A stretch of DNA of 64,000 nucleotides, taken from contig OY970393.1 of the NCBI GenBank assembly GCA_963720465.1, positions 2,112,001 through 2,176,000 of the forward strand, given 5' to 3'. Under the pieces are notes generated by a model, which was not told the origin of the DNA, ran no database searches, and was given only the letters and a program-made list of their open reading frames with translations. The stretch comes from Methanobacteriota archaeon (GTDB taxonomy: Archaea; Halobacteriota; Bog-38; Methanoflorentales; Methanoflorentaceae). The position numbers were made by a program, and so were the translations under genes. Below are positions 39,051-49,936 of the stretch, one piece after another (positions within the stretch are counted from its first letter, which is position 1; the number at the start of each line of letters is the position of its first letter).

Positions 39051-39827
39051 GTGCTGACCTTCGTTGGCTTAGGCTTGTACGACGAAGAAGACGTAACGGT
39101 GAAAGGACTAAAAGCGATCGAAAATGCTGATGTGATATATGCGGAGTTCTACAGCTCAAAGCTTCTAGGAACCACAATTGAGAAATTGGAAGAATTCTAT
39201 AAGTGCGAAATCCGTCTGCTGGACAGAAATGATGTTGAGCAGGTTCCTGACGAGACAATTTTGCGAGATGCCGAGTGCAAGAATGTCGCGTTCTTAACCG
39301 CGGGCGATGCGATGATCTCTACAACGCACGTCGATTTACGGATACGGGCGCACGACAGAGGGATCAGCACCCAAATTATTCACGGCACATCGATTGCTAC
39401 GGCGGTATGCGGATTAACTGGGCTACAAAACTACCGTTTTGGCAAGTCGGCAACTATTGCATTTCCTTACCGAAAGGTGTCTGACGTGCCCTACGACACG
39501 GTTATGGCAAACTTGAGAAGTGATCTTCACACGTTGCTCTTCTTGGATATACAGGAGGAGTTTATGAAGCTTGGCCACGGAATCGAACTGTTGCTTCATA
39601 GTGAACATGAGAAAGGGCGCAATCAGTTGGCATCTCTGCTAGCCGTGGGCATCGCGCGAGCGGGGTCGCGTTCACCGACGGTTAAAGCAGACGTGTTGGC
39701 GAGGCTCAAGGAGTACGATTTTGGGCCTCCCTTGCACGTCCTTGTCATACCCGCGTCACTTCACATCGTGGAAAAGCAGGCGCTTCAAACGTTTGCTGGT
39801 GCTCAAAATGTCCCAGATTGTGGATAA
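39051..39827 (+). CDS. dph5: Diphthine synthase
   Basis: GLGLYD, ISTTH, GLQNYRFG, LHTLLFLDI. Confidence 0.96.
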   Translation: MLTFVGLGLYDEEDVTVKGLKAIENADVIYAEFYSSKLLGTTIEKLEEFYKCEIRLLDRNDVEQVPDETILRDAECKNVAFLTAGDAMISTTHVDLRIRAHDRGISTQIIHGTSIATAVCGLTGLQNYRFGKSATIAFPYRKVSDVPYDTVMANLRSDLHTLLFLDIQEEFMKLGHGIELLLHSEHEKGRNQLASLLAVGIARAGSRSPTVKADVLARLKEYDFGPPLHVLVIPASLHIVEKQALQTFAGAQNVPDCG

Positions 39828-40059
39828 AGTAGCGCTGTATGAAACGATGCTCCGCATTGCTCTGGAACGTGCAGACATTGTTTCAAATAAGAAATGTGCT
39901 GCCGATGTTTTGACCATGGCGCGGTCGTACTATAAGGATGGAGTCTATTTTCGGACGAGCGGCGATTTGGTCAATGCACTGGTCTGCTTTAGCTACGGCC
40001 ATGGGTGGCTTGACGCAGGTGTGCGTGTAGGGGCGCTTCAGGTCCAACAAAGAGAGTAG
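39808..40059 (+). CDS. DUF357 protein
   Basis: MARSYYKDG, VNALVCFSYGHGWLDAG. Confidence 0.9.
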   Translation: MSQIVDKVALYETMLRIALERADIVSNKKCAADVLTMARSYYKDGVYFRTSGDLVNALVCFSYGHGWLDAGVRVGALQVQQRE

Positions 40060-40146
40060 CCGTGGCTCTTCGGCTGAATTAGCGCTAGCATATTGATTAG
40101 GCCGCCTTTGCCAATATTAATTAACTTTGTTGACTTACACTGACGT

Positions 40147-40491
40147 ATGCCCAATTATTATGTCACGCTCGAGGCTGCGTGGTTGGTGAAGGACGTCAAA
40201 TCGGTAGATGATGCTATAGGCATAGCAATATCGGAGGCGGGCAAACGCTTAAACCCAAAACTGAGCAAGGTTGAAGTGGCGGTAGGGTCGATGTCGTGTC
40301 CTGCCTGCGGCGAAGTGTTCGACAGCGTCTACTTGGTGGCTAATACCGCTCTTGTCGGGCTAATACTCGAGATAAAAGTCGTAAATGCCGAAAATGAGTC
40401 GCACGCGGCAAAGATCGCAAAGGCGGTAATTGGTAAAGCGCTAGCTGACGTGCCGCTGAAAACAATTGATGTTGCCCTCAAGGAAGGTTAA
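40147..40491 (+). CDS. DUF555/UPF0212 protein
   Basis: [30 protein letters not shown]. Confidence 0.92.
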   Translation: MPNYYVTLEAAWLVKDVKSVDDAIGIAISEAGKRLNPKLSKVEVAVGSMSCPACGEVFDSVYLVANTALVGLILEIKVVNAENESHAAKIAKAVIGKALADVPLKTIDVALKEG

Positions 40492-40526
40492 CTGCCACTT
40501 TTTCTCTTTCCCTAGTTGGAGTCTGA

Positions 40527-41192
40527 ATGCGTTTGATTGCTCTGATTTCTGGAGGCAAGGATTCTATCTGCGCGTTGACTTGCGCGTTGCGTGAACACGA
40601 AGTTGCGAAACTAGTCAACGTTCAAGCCGTAGAAGACTCGTTCCTGTATCACGTGCCGTGTTCACATCTCACTCGACTAATTTCGGAGGCCGTCGACATT
40701 CCGCTAGTGTCTGGCATATCGCTTTCGCACGAGGATGAATTGACAGTGCTGAAAACCCTCCTGCAAGACGCGGAAGCGGACGGCGTTGTAGCCGGCACGA
40801 TAGCGTCGAACTACCAAATGAGCCGACTGAAGAAACTATGCGTTCAGCTTGAATTGAAGTTGTATGCCCCCTTGTGGAACAAAGGCAGTGAACGCTTGTT
40901 ACGGGCAATGGCGGGCTCAATGGATATTATCGTTGTGCAGGTCGCCGCTTATGGAATGAATGAATCGTGGCTCGGCAGGAAACTCGATGAAGCGGCGGTC
41001 GATGATTTATCATTACTGCATAGAAAACACGGCGTGCACATTATGGGTGAGGGCGGCGAGTACGAAACACTTGTTCTGGACGCTCCTATCTTTAAGAGGC
41101 GCATTAAAGTACTGAATTATGACAAGAAGTGGTTTAGTGAGCAGTGGAGAGGGTGCCTGGAGATTCACGAGTTCAAACTCGAAGACAAATGA
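40527..41192 (+). CDS. dph6: Diphthine-ammonia ligase family protein
   Basis: SGGKDS PP-loop, SNYQ, APLW, GEGGEYET. Confidence 0.88.
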   Translation: MRLIALISGGKDSICALTCALREHEVAKLVNVQAVEDSFLYHVPCSHLTRLISEAVDIPLVSGISLSHEDELTVLKTLLQDAEADGVVAGTIASNYQMSRLKKLCVQLELKLYAPLWNKGSERLLRAMAGSMDIIVVQVAAYGMNESWLGRKLDEAAVDDLSLLHRKHGVHIMGEGGEYETLVLDAPIFKRRIKVLNYDKKWFSEQWRGCLEIHEFKLEDK

Positions 41193-41208
41193 GAACGTGG
41201 CGGACTAA

Positions 41209-42999
41209 ATGAAGTTGAGGATATTCGGCCCCAAGGAGAAAGTCGTAAAGGGGATGGAGGAGAGCACTGCCGGATTGATGAAGTACGTGTTTGCGGCTCC
41301 GCGGTGGAAGAACTCTATTCTTGTCACCCTTGCTTTGTCGCTCGTGGTTGGCGCCGGTGTCTTCAATTTTGGATGGAGGGAAAATCTCCTCGCCGGCCTG
41401 ATTCTTATCGGCATCCCAGCTGTGCTTGCCGCTGCCTTTACTCACCCGTTGGCTCGGCTTCTGCAAGGCACTATGACCGTCAATCGCTCTGCTTTGTTAG
41501 CATTCGTAGGGGCAGTGATAATCAGTGTCTTTTGCGTTGTCGGTGCACTGATTTCATTTGCAATCGGGTGGCAGCTGACAATCTCAGCCTACGTCATGTC
41601 CTTGGGCGCCGTTTTTGCTTTCAGAATTCTGGTGCTGATGGCTATCACGCAGAAAAGCTTCGTTCGAAATTTAGTCCCTGCTTCGCTTCAAACGGTATTC
41701 GGAGCGCTTTTTTTGCTGCTGTTCGGAGCGACAGGCTACGTCGTGAACTTGGTAACGATCAGTGTCGTGTTCACGCTTGGCGCGTTGGTCATCATCAGGT
41801 ACGTCGATGCGCCGTTGAGAAAATCTTTTGGCGTAAGCGGCATGGATTTCATTCGTAGCTACATTGCGCAGACAGTAGAAGGCGCCCCCGGCATGGAGGA
41901 CTTCTTCAAAAAGATAGGCGAAGCCGTTGAAGTCCCCGTCACCACGCTGTCTTTCAGAACGAACGAGCGCTTGAAAGCGACGTTTGTCGTGCCGGCTGTT
42001 CATCCTGGTCCCGTCGGCGAGATTGGTGGCGGAAACCTTCCCGTAAGAATTGTAAACAACCTCGACGGCGGAGAGATTTTTGTGCCTCATGGGACTGCAA
42101 CGCACGATTTCAACTTGGTTTCGGCGACAGAATCACTGAAAATAGTTGAAGCTGCGGCGCGAGCAGTGGAAAACACCCAATATACTACGGACGCGTCAAA
42201 ATCAATTAGAGTGCAGAAAGGGGCCATTAAGCTTCTTGCACAGAGATTTGGCAACTCCGTTTTGTTCGTCTCGACTTTGTCGCCAGAGTCAACAGAGGAT
42301 ATCGAGTATGGGCTTGGTCTCGTCGCAAGCGCTGAAGCGAGAACACAAGGCGCGCAGGATGCGGCGCTCATCGATGCGCATAACTGCACGGCTCCTTATG
42401 CATCATCAATGTGGGCGGGCACGAAGAACTCGTTCGACCTGATTGATGCGATCAGAGAAGCATCCTCAAGACTGATGCAATCAGAACCGCTAAAAAGCGA
42501 CATCAAGCTTGGAATAGCAAGTCGGGGGCCTATTTTTAGGCGAGACGAAGGTATGGGTGATCTCGGCATTCAGGTGGCATTGGTTGAAGTTGCTGGCCAG
42601 CGCACGGCTTACGTGCTCGTCGATGCCAACAACATGGTGCCTAACTTGCGCGAAATCATCGTCAGCGCCCTAAAAGTCGATGAGGCAGAAGTCATGACTA
42701 CTGACAACCACGTCGTGAACTCCTACAGCGGCGTCAATCTGTTGGGTTTTAAAGCCGATAACGGCGTCCTATTGAAGGTGATAATCGAACTGGTTGATGA
42801 GGCACAGGCCAATCTTGAACCGGTGCGTGCCGGGATGAACACTCAGCAAGCTAACGGAGTATCGGTCTTTGGCTCGCAAAAGACCGCACAACTTGCGAGT
42901 ACCGTAAATGCTATTATGGCGATGGGCGGCGCTCTGGGAATATCTGTGATAATAGCAGCTTTTGCCATCTCTTTGCTGCTTGTAATTTTCAATAGATAA
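41209..42999 (+). CDS. DUF2070 membrane protein
   Basis: N-terminal TM segments, HPGP, DAHN, DANN, TTDNH. Confidence 0.9.
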   Translation: MKLRIFGPKEKVVKGMEESTAGLMKYVFAAPRWKNSILVTLALSLVVGAGVFNFGWRENLLAGLILIGIPAVLAAAFTHPLARLLQGTMTVNRSALLAFVGAVIISVFCVVGALISFAIGWQLTISAYVMSLGAVFAFRILVLMAITQKSFVRNLVPASLQTVFGALFLLLFGATGYVVNLVTISVVFTLGALVIIRYVDAPLRKSFGVSGMDFIRSYIAQTVEGAPGMEDFFKKIGEAVEVPVTTLSFRTNERLKATFVVPAVHPGPVGEIGGGNLPVRIVNNLDGGEIFVPHGTATHDFNLVSATESLKIVEAAARAVENTQYTTDASKSIRVQKGAIKLLAQRFGNSVLFVSTLSPESTEDIEYGLGLVASAEARTQGAQDAALIDAHNCTAPYASSMWAGTKNSFDLIDAIREASSRLMQSEPLKSDIKLGIASRGPIFRRDEGMGDLGIQVALVEVAGQRTAYVLVDANNMVPNLREIIVSALKVDEAEVMTTDNHVVNSYSGVNLLGFKADNGVLLKVIIELVDEAQANLEPVRAGMNTQQANGVSVFGSQKTAQLASTVNAIMAMGGALGISVIIAAFAISLLLVIFNR

Positions 43000-43044
43000 G
43001 CGGCCACAGCGTGCTTCTCTTGCGTCGAAGCCGCCGGAGATCGG

Positions 43045-44733
43045 CTACTTGTGCGTGAAATAACAAATAATTTTAGTTTGGCCGTGCCGTTCGAGCACCT
43101 GATCAACTCTGGCAAAGCCGTAGCGTTCAAATTGTACTACTCGATCCAGCTCAGTAGCTATACCAGGTTCGCCAATCCCGATATCGATTCCGCTTGGCGT
43201 GAAGACCTCGACTTGAGGCCCGTTGGGCGGAGCCCAGTGAATTATTCTTGTGCCTTTAATGATTTCATCACCGGCGTATTCTGCCTCTAGCGGCTCTTTT
43301 TTTACAATTCTAACGTTGTAGAGATCTTTTAGTCGCACCAGATCGCTGCCGGATAAGAGGTCTTGTGCACTGACACATACGCCGCCTTCCACTGGGATCT
43401 CTCTAAAAGAGGCGGAAGATGATGGATGAAGTGGGGCGCGCGCTACCGTAGGCTTGGCGTTCATTATGCTCATTTTAATCGGGTCCGATACGAAGAAGTA
43501 TCTGTGAGCAACCGGATCCACAAGTTTCCTGTTCTCGGCATACAGGTTTTCCAAGCTAACGCTTACGTCAGATTCGTTAATGCCCAATTTCAGGATAAAC
43601 AGCCTGACGGCTTCTGGAGAGAAACCTCTCCGCCTCAAAGCCATTAACGTGGGGAGTCTAGGGTCATCCCAGCCGCTATAGAGCCCCTGAGCAATCTCAG
43701 TCCTCAGCTTACTTGTTGAGAATTTGCCGAATTCGTGGATGCTGATCCTACCCCAATGCAGGGTGAACGGATATGTCCAGCCCATATAATTGTAGAGGAA
43801 CTCCTGCCTCCTCTCGCTGTCGCGCAAGTCCTTTCCACGAATAATGTGTGTTACTCGGAGCTCGTGATCTTCGATCGCTGATTCGAAATCAAGCATGGGC
43901 CACACTCGAAATGCTAGTCCCCTAGGGTGTGTCGTGTCGACAATGCGAAAACCAATCCAGTCTCGCAATGCTGGGTTCTTATGCGTTACGTCGGTCTTAA
44001 TCCGCAAGACAGCCTCTTTTTCGCCTAGTCGCCCGTCCAGCATCTGTTCCCAAAGGCGCATATTCTTTTCTGCGGCGTTCTCGCGGTCAGGACACGCTAA
44101 TCCTGCGTCTTTGAGCTTTTTGAATTGCGGTTGGGTGCAGGTGCAGACATAAGCAACCCCCTGGGCAATGAGTTCTTCAGCGTAATGATAGTACGTTTCC
44201 ATTCGGTCGGAAGCGTTAACCACGACGTCTGGGGTTGTTCCAAGCCATTTGCAGTCCTTAAGGTACCAGTCGTAGGCCTCGAGCATTGGTGGCTTCGTTT
44301 GCGGGTCGGTATCGTCAAAACGCAGAATGAAAGAACCGCCGTACCTTTTGGCGTATTCAGAATTCACAACAATTCCGCGAGCACTGCCAAGCGTAGCCGG
44401 CCCGTTAGGATTAGGTGCGAATCGCACGACCACGCGTTCATGGTGAGGCAACTCCGGTAGGTACGTCTTTTTGTGCTGCGCCGTTACTGCTTTGCGTTGT
44501 AGCTCCGGGGCCATCTGCTGGAGTAGCTGCCTTTGCTCGTCAAGCGTCATTGCGTTGACGTCGGCGATGATACCCTCTGCCAAGCCTGATATCTGTCGTG
44601 CTTGTCGTTTAAGTTCCGGATGCTCGCCTATGAGCTTTGAGACAACGGCGTTAGGCTCTGCTTTACCTTTGTGTAGAATAGCGTTGTGAAGAGCCCGCTT
44701 CTTGATTGCAGTGCTTAAAACTTGAGGTTCCAC
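43045..44733 (-). CDS. gltX: Glutamate-tRNA ligase
   Basis: RFAPNPNGP, RFDDTDP, THIIRGKD, WDDPRLPT, QFERYGF. Confidence 0.97.
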   Translation of the reverse strand: MEPQVLSTAIKKRALHNAILHKGKAEPNAVVSKLIGEHPELKRQARQISGLAEGIIADVNAMTLDEQRQLLQQMAPELQRKAVTAQHKKTYLPELPHHERVVVRFAPNPNGPATLGSARGIVVNSEYAKRYGGSFILRFDDTDPQTKPPMLEAYDWYLKDCKWLGTTPDVVVNASDRMETYYHYAEELIAQGVAYVCTCTQPQFKKLKDAGLACPDRENAAEKNMRLWEQMLDGRLGEKEAVLRIKTDVTHKNPALRDWIGFRIVDTTHPRGLAFRVWPMLDFESAIEDHELRVTHIIRGKDLRDSERRQEFLYNYMGWTYPFTLHWGRISIHEFGKFSTSKLRTEIAQGLYSGWDDPRLPTLMALRRRGFSPEAVRLFILKLGINESDVSVSLENLYAENRKLVDPVAHRYFFVSDPIKMSIMNAKPTVARAPLHPSSSASFREIPVEGGVCVSAQDLLSGSDLVRLKDLYNVRIVKKEPLEAEYAGDEIIKGTRIIHWAPPNGPQVEVFTPSGIDIGIGEPGIATELDRVVQFERYGFARVDQVLERHGQTKIICYFTHK

Positions 44734-44757
44734 ATCACCGCCCCGAAGACCCTGCCT

Positions 44758-45726
44758 TCAATACGCTCTCGAAATCATGTAGTCGGCAAGTTTGAGCAGT
44801 TTGCGTTTTGCTTCTGAATCGGCTAGCTTGGCGAGTCGCAACTTGCCGGCTCGGAGAATCTCAGTTGCCGTTTCCATCGCGTAATCGATTGATCCCGCAT
44901 CCTGTAAATCTTTAATTGCCACTTCGATTGCTTTTTCGCTTGTGAGTTGTGACGGGTCAGGTCTGATGCCGTGCTTGAGTCCGTGGATCATGACTAGTGT
45001 CATCTTGCCCTCTAGTAAGTCACTAGCCCTATCTTTTCCAAGCACTTCACGCGCCGTAATCAAGTCGAGCACATCATCGCGGATCTGGAAGCATATGCCC
45101 ATAGCTATTCCAAACTCCCACAGGACGCTCACTTCGCTGTCGGTGCCGCCTCCAAGTATTCCCCCCATCGCCAAACCAGCTGCGTAGAGCACAGCTGTCT
45201 TTTTTTGGACCATTTCGAGATAGTCGGCCTCCGATATGTTTTTGTTATTTTCGAACTTAATATCCAGCCACTGCCCTTCGCAGATGTGTAGGCATGCCTT
45301 CGAGAGGAGCCTAAGACATTTTGTTGCATTTTCTGGTTCTGTTTTTGTGTAGGAAAGCACCTCGAAGGCTTTAGCATAAAGTGCATCGCCTGCTAAGACG
45401 GCTTCTGACATACCCCATTTTGTGTGGACGGTCTCTATGGAACGTCTTGTCGCGTCTTCGTCCATAATATCGTCGTGAATCAGCGTGAAATTGTGGATGA
45501 GCTCCACTGAAACGGCTGCTGGAAGTATTGTCTCAACAGCAATCTTAGGTTGCACTGCTTCGGCGCCCAACAGCAAAACCACTGGGCGCAGCCTCTTTCC
45601 GCCAGCTTTAATAAGATGTCGAGCGGCTCTGTACAACTCCTCAGGGAAAACTACAGGAACATACTCGTCAAGCGCATCATCGATAATTGTCTTTCTTTTG
45701 AGCAAGTCGTCGTCCAAATTGCTCAC
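44758..45726 (-). CDS. idsA: Geranylgeranyl diphosphate synthase
   Basis: GGKRLRP, DDIMD..RR, KKTA, FQIRDD. Confidence 0.93.
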   Translation of the reverse strand: MSNLDDDLLKRKTIIDDALDEYVPVVFPEELYRAARHLIKAGGKRLRPVVLLLGAEAVQPKIAVETILPAAVSVELIHNFTLIHDDIMDEDATRRSIETVHTKWGMSEAVLAGDALYAKAFEVLSYTKTEPENATKCLRLLSKACLHICEGQWLDIKFENNKNISEADYLEMVQKKTAVLYAAGLAMGGILGGGTDSEVSVLWEFGIAMGICFQIRDDVLDLITAREVLGKDRASDLLEGKMTLVMIHGLKHGIRPDPSQLTSEKAIEVAIKDLQDAGSIDYAMETATEILRAGKLRLAKLADSEAKRKLLKLADYMISRAY

Positions 45727-45790
45727 TCTTGGCCCCTCCTTGAGATGCTTTTGCGTGCAATGCACCTCGGGCGGAGGTTTTTCCCCGCCT

Positions 45791-47131
45791 TCAAGGTCTC
45801 ACCGCAATATTCTGGCCATTTCTTAGAAGGTGAATATTGTCCCTTAGGCTGTAACCTGCTTCTTCTGCAAGTTCTACGTAGGAGCTTGTCATGGTTAGAT
45901 CCCCGTGCGTGGGAAAAATATGGTCTGGCTTGAGCATCTTGATCAGCTCCCAGTGGTCTTCGCGGGCTGCGTGGCCCGACACGTGAACATCAGTATAAAG
46001 CCGTGCCCCTTGCATTTTGAGCTTGGTTTCTACTGAATATCGATTAGCCGCGTTTATTGGGGTTGGTATCACCTCGGCAGAAAACACTATTTTGTCTCCG
46101 GGCGCGACTTTATAAGGGGTCAGCTCGTTTGCTACCCGCGTGAGCATCGCTTCCGGTTCTCCTTGATGCCCCGTCATAATAGGAAGATATTTTTCTTTCC
46201 CTTCCTGCGCCACTCTCCTCAGTACCTTTTCTACAGATCGTCTATTCCCGTAGACTCCAATGTCATTCGGAAGCTCGACATATCCCATCCTTTCTGCGGT
46301 TCCTAGGTATCGTTCCATAGAGCGACCGAGGACCAGCGGGCGCCGGTCCATCTCGCGAGCTGCTTCGAAGATCGTCTTTACGCGGGCTATATGTGACGAA
46401 AACGTGGTTACGAGCACCCCATTGCCTTCTTCTTCAGTGCCGAGCAGAACGTCACGCACCAAGTCTTTCGCTATCTGTTCTGATGGGGTCTTTCCCGCCT
46501 CCTTTACGCGAGTACTTTCGACGATCAACGCGAGCACTCCGTCTTTTCCCAAACTCTTTAGGCGATTGAAGTCGGGGGGTTTGCCAATAACAGGCGTCCG
46601 ATCAAGCTTGAAATCGTTCGCATAGACCAGGGCACCGGCCGGCGTATGCAGCACGGCGAATATTGGGTCGGGGATACTGTGCGTTGCTCGTACAAATTCA
46701 ACTGCTATATCGGGAGTTATTTGATAAACCTGTCCTGCTTCGAGCGTGTACAGGGGGTTCTCGACGCCGAACTTCTTCTCAACGCGGATCTGTTGTGCGA
46801 TCAGCTCCGCCGTAAACGGCGTGGATATTATCGGGGCTTCGTACCTATGCGCAAGCTTGGGGACGGCGCCTATATGATCGAGATGTCCGTGCGTGCAGAC
46901 TATCGCCTTCACTGATTTTTTTGCTTTACTCAGCATCGCGTCATTTGGTATCGCGCCCATCTTGATAAGGTCGATAGAATGCATCTTCTCGATTTCTGCA
47001 TCCTCGTGAATTGCAATTCGATCGAGTCTAAGGCCCATGTCTATAATCACTATGTCTTCGTTCACTCGGATCGCAGTCATGTTGCGTCCGACTTCTTCGT
47101 AGCCGCCAATTGCGTTAACTTCTATCTCCAA
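45791..47131 (-). CDS. rnj: Ribonuclease J
   Basis: GGYEEVGRNM, THGHLDHIG, TFSSH, HVSGH. Confidence 0.95.
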   Translation of the reverse strand: MEIEVNAIGGYEEVGRNMTAIRVNEDIVIIDMGLRLDRIAIHEDAEIEKMHSIDLIKMGAIPNDAMLSKAKKSVKAIVCTHGHLDHIGAVPKLAHRYEAPIISTPFTAELIAQQIRVEKKFGVENPLYTLEAGQVYQITPDIAVEFVRATHSIPDPIFAVLHTPAGALVYANDFKLDRTPVIGKPPDFNRLKSLGKDGVLALIVESTRVKEAGKTPSEQIAKDLVRDVLLGTEEEGNGVLVTTFSSHIARVKTIFEAAREMDRRPLVLGRSMERYLGTAERMGYVELPNDIGVYGNRRSVEKVLRRVAQEGKEKYLPIMTGHQGEPEAMLTRVANELTPYKVAPGDKIVFSAEVIPTPINAANRYSVETKLKMQGARLYTDVHVSGHAAREDHWELIKMLKPDHIFPTHGDLTMTSSYVELAEEAGYSLRDNIHLLRNGQNIAVRP

Positions 47132-47135
47132 AGTG

Positions 47136-48200
47136 CTACCTCCTCACCTGAAGCTCGGCCAGATTGAATCCCCGTTGTTGCAGTATCTGCCTAGTTTCGC
47201 CAGTAATGACCAGCGGGCGTTGCTTTAGATCAGTGAGTTTCTTACATCCAGTTAGGAACATTGCGACTTTTAATTCTTCAACGAACGCCGTTATCTCGCT
47301 TAGCACATATTTGGTACCTTTGAATGCGGGTTTTAGCAGTGGCAAGCCTATGCCGCACAACGACGCTCCGAGTGCAATACACTTGGCGACGTGAAGGCCG
47401 TTCCTGATCCCGCCAGTTCCGATCACGGGTAAGGTGCGGGATTCTAAAATGGAGATTGCGGTCGGTATGCCCCAGTCGTCATAGAGCGCCCCCAACCTCC
47501 CTAGTCGGGGGTCCGTCTGAGCGCGGTACGATTCGACTCTTGCCCAGCTCGTGCCCCCAGCGCCGCCTACATCAATTGCAGAAGCGCCTGCCTTTTTTAA
47601 CTCAGCTGCGACTTCTCTCGAAATCCCGGCGCCCGTCTCTTTGGCGATCACTGGCACCCGAAGAGAATCGGCAAGTGATTTCATCGCGTCGAGGCATCCT
47701 TCAGCGTCTGTATCCCCCTCTGGTTGCACTGCCTCTTGCAGGAAATTCAGATGAATTGCCAATGCATCTGCTTCAACCATATCGATTAAGCGGTCAATGA
47801 TCTCCATATCATATTCCTTGACTTGTGTGGCCCCAATGTTGGCCACTACAAAAGCGCTGGGGGCTCGCTCTCGAACTATGCTGAACGACTCGACTTGGTC
47901 AGGATGTTCAATTGCTGCGCGCTGACTTCCCACGCCAATGCCGATGCCGAGTCGCTCTGCGGCCTCTGACAACGCAGCGTTGATAGCAGTTGTCTCTTCG
48001 TGCCCGCCTGTCATTCCCGCTATAAAGACGGGAGCGGTGAACTGCCTTTTTAAGAACGTGGCAGTCGCATCGATCCTTGACTTTGTCAATTCAGGAACTG
48101 CGTTGTGGACGAATCTGATATCATCGAGGCCCGTTCTTCCTGATTCGACATCTTCAGCAGCACAGAGCATTAGATGCTCGATTTTTCGGTTCGTTATCAT
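47136..48200 (-). CDS. fni: Type 2 IPP isomerase
   Basis: RKIEH, MTGG, GSQR, HLNFLQE, KETG, GGTSW. Confidence 0.96.
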   Translation of the reverse strand: MITNRKIEHLMLCAAEDVESGRTGLDDIRFVHNAVPELTKSRIDATATFLKRQFTAPVFIAGMTGGHEETTAINAALSEAAERLGIGIGVGSQRAAIEHPDQVESFSIVRERAPSAFVVANIGATQVKEYDMEIIDRLIDMVEADALAIHLNFLQEAVQPEGDTDAEGCLDAMKSLADSLRVPVIAKETGAGISREVAAELKKAGASAIDVGGAGGTSWARVESYRAQTDPRLGRLGALYDDWGIPTAISILESRTLPVIGTGGIRNGLHVAKCIALGASLCGIGLPLLKPAFKGTKYVLSEITAFVEELKVAMFLTGCKKLTDLKQRPLVITGETRQILQQRGFNLAELQVRR

Positions 48201-48961
48201 TCTTTTTCCATGGAGATCGTCGTACCCCCATCTTGGTGCGACGTTAAAAACCTGGTGATATTGCCGTCGTAAGCTGCGTTAAATATCTCAGACTGAATAC
48301 CTGACTTAGCAATCTCCAGCAGCTGCACAACTTTGTGTAACATCCCCCCAGTTACGTCCGTAGACCTAGAACCAAGAATTCCGTCTCGGTATTTTTCAAG
48401 CTCACTAGGGTTAAGATGGTTCAGTTTTCTGTTTCGATACATGATTCCATCGACGTCTGTGCCGACGCCTATTTTTTTGGGGCGCATCTTTAGTGCCAGA
48501 AACGCTACTATTTGATCACCTGACAGGACGTTGAAGCCGTCTATGCGATCCATTACGACATCGCCGTGAAGTACCGGAATGATATTGTTGTTAAGCATCA
48601 ACTCTAACGCGTTCGTATCAAAATGTGCGATCCTACCTGCGTCGAGCGTAGCGCTATTAAGCGGGTGGATCGGCAATGCGGCAGCGCCTTGAGACTGGAG
48701 TTCGTCTATGAATGCGGTGTTTAGCGAGCGCACGGCGCAATGGGTCTTCCACATTCCGCTTGCGCTAAGACCTTTGGATAAGTACTTGACAACTTGCGGG
48801 TGTCCAAAGGAGCCCGCCCCGTGGATAAGAATAAGACGTGAACTCTTTGCGTTGGCGATTTGTCGAGCGACCATACGCACGTTATCTTCTCGCAGGGTGC
48901 TCTCTCGCCCTTTGTCTGTCAATACAGAGCCGCCGATTTTAAGCACTATCATGTTGGTCAC
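48197..48961 (-). CDS. ipk: Isopentenyl phosphate kinase
   Basis: KIGGSVLT, HGAGSFGH, SGDQ, DVTGGM. Confidence 0.94.
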   Translation of the reverse strand: MTNMIVLKIGGSVLTDKGRESTLREDNVRMVARQIANAKSSRLILIHGAGSFGHPQVVKYLSKGLSASGMWKTHCAVRSLNTAFIDELQSQGAAALPIHPLNSATLDAGRIAHFDTNALELMLNNNIIPVLHGDVVMDRIDGFNVLSGDQIVAFLALKMRPKKIGVGTDVDGIMYRNRKLNHLNPSELEKYRDGILGSRSTDVTGGMLHKVVQLLEIAKSGIQSEIFNAAYDGNITRFLTSHQDGGTTISMEKE

Positions 48962-48966
48962 GCTGG

Positions 48967-49890
48967 TTATGCCTCTACATGCAGGCCTAAACTAGAAATC
49001 GCAGTGGTCAGCACTAGAGCACCCTGTTTCGCGATGGCTTGTGTAACGTGGTCGACGTTTCCGTCTGTTGCAATCGCCAACACGCATCCTCCACGGCCAG
49101 CGCCGGTGATTTTAGCACCGAGCGCCCCTGCTGTTCTCGCTGCGTAGATTAATTTGCTCAGTACAACGTCGCTTACCCCGAGCGACTCGAGGAGTCCTTG
49201 GTTGATATTCATAAGCTCGCCTACGCTGACGAGGTCTCCATCTGCAAGCTTCTGTTCTCCCAAGCGCGTGATATCTCCCATTGAAGACATCACGTCACTC
49301 AGCACAGAAGGGTACTTCTTTTTCAGATCCGATACAAAGGCGATGACGTCGCGTGTTGACCTCTCAACGCCGGTTGCGCCGATTATGATTGGCAGGTCGG
49401 GCAGTGCGAGATGAGATGTTTTGGCTCTCTCCACTAAGACCACACCGCCGGTTGCAGAAACAAAGGTATCTGCGGGGCTCGCTTTGCCCTGAACTTCGTT
49501 TTCGACCTTATGGCCTATATTCGCTACTGTTTCATTATCGAGTTCAATGTCGAGGCTCTCAGTCAGAGCTTTTATAGTTGACACTGTAACTGCTGCGGAG
49601 GAGCCTAACCCCTGTCGCGCCGGCACTTCTGACCGTACCTTTATCTCAGCACCAAAGTCCGTTTCAAACAGTTGTTTGATTATTTTGGCGGCACAACAGG
49701 CGTACTTAAACTCTTCGCTGGAGCAGTTCGCGCGCTTATCCATGGCATCTATCGTGATTTTCCCCGAAGATACGAGTTCTACTGAAACGCACACACGCAA
49801 GTTTATCGCACACGCTATCGCCGGCTCTCCGTACACAACAGCGTGTTCTCCAAACAGATAGATCTTGCCGGGGGCCGAACAGGTTATCAT
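48967..49890 (-). CDS. mvk: Mevalonate kinase
   Basis: PGKIYLFGEHAVVYG, GLGSSAA, KITGAGRGG. Confidence 0.95.
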   Translation of the reverse strand: MITCSAPGKIYLFGEHAVVYGEPAIACAINLRVCVSVELVSSGKITIDAMDKRANCSSEEFKYACCAAKIIKQLFETDFGAEIKVRSEVPARQGLGSSAAVTVSTIKALTESLDIELDNETVANIGHKVENEVQGKASPADTFVSATGGVVLVERAKTSHLALPDLPIIIGATGVERSTRDVIAFVSDLKKKYPSVLSDVMSSMGDITRLGEQKLADGDLVSVGELMNINQGLLESLGVSDVVLSKLIYAARTAGALGAKITGAGRGGCVLAIATDGNVDHVTQAIAKQGALVLTTAISSLGLHVEA

Positions 49891-49936
49891 CTTGTAGATT
49901 CTCGTTGCAAACTCCTTTTCAAGCTCATTTTCGGCA

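Noticed and set aside
43045-44733. GluRS HIGH motif replaced by TLGS
   Set aside because: Recalled as a common variant in Methanomicrobia GluRS; the other motifs are intact
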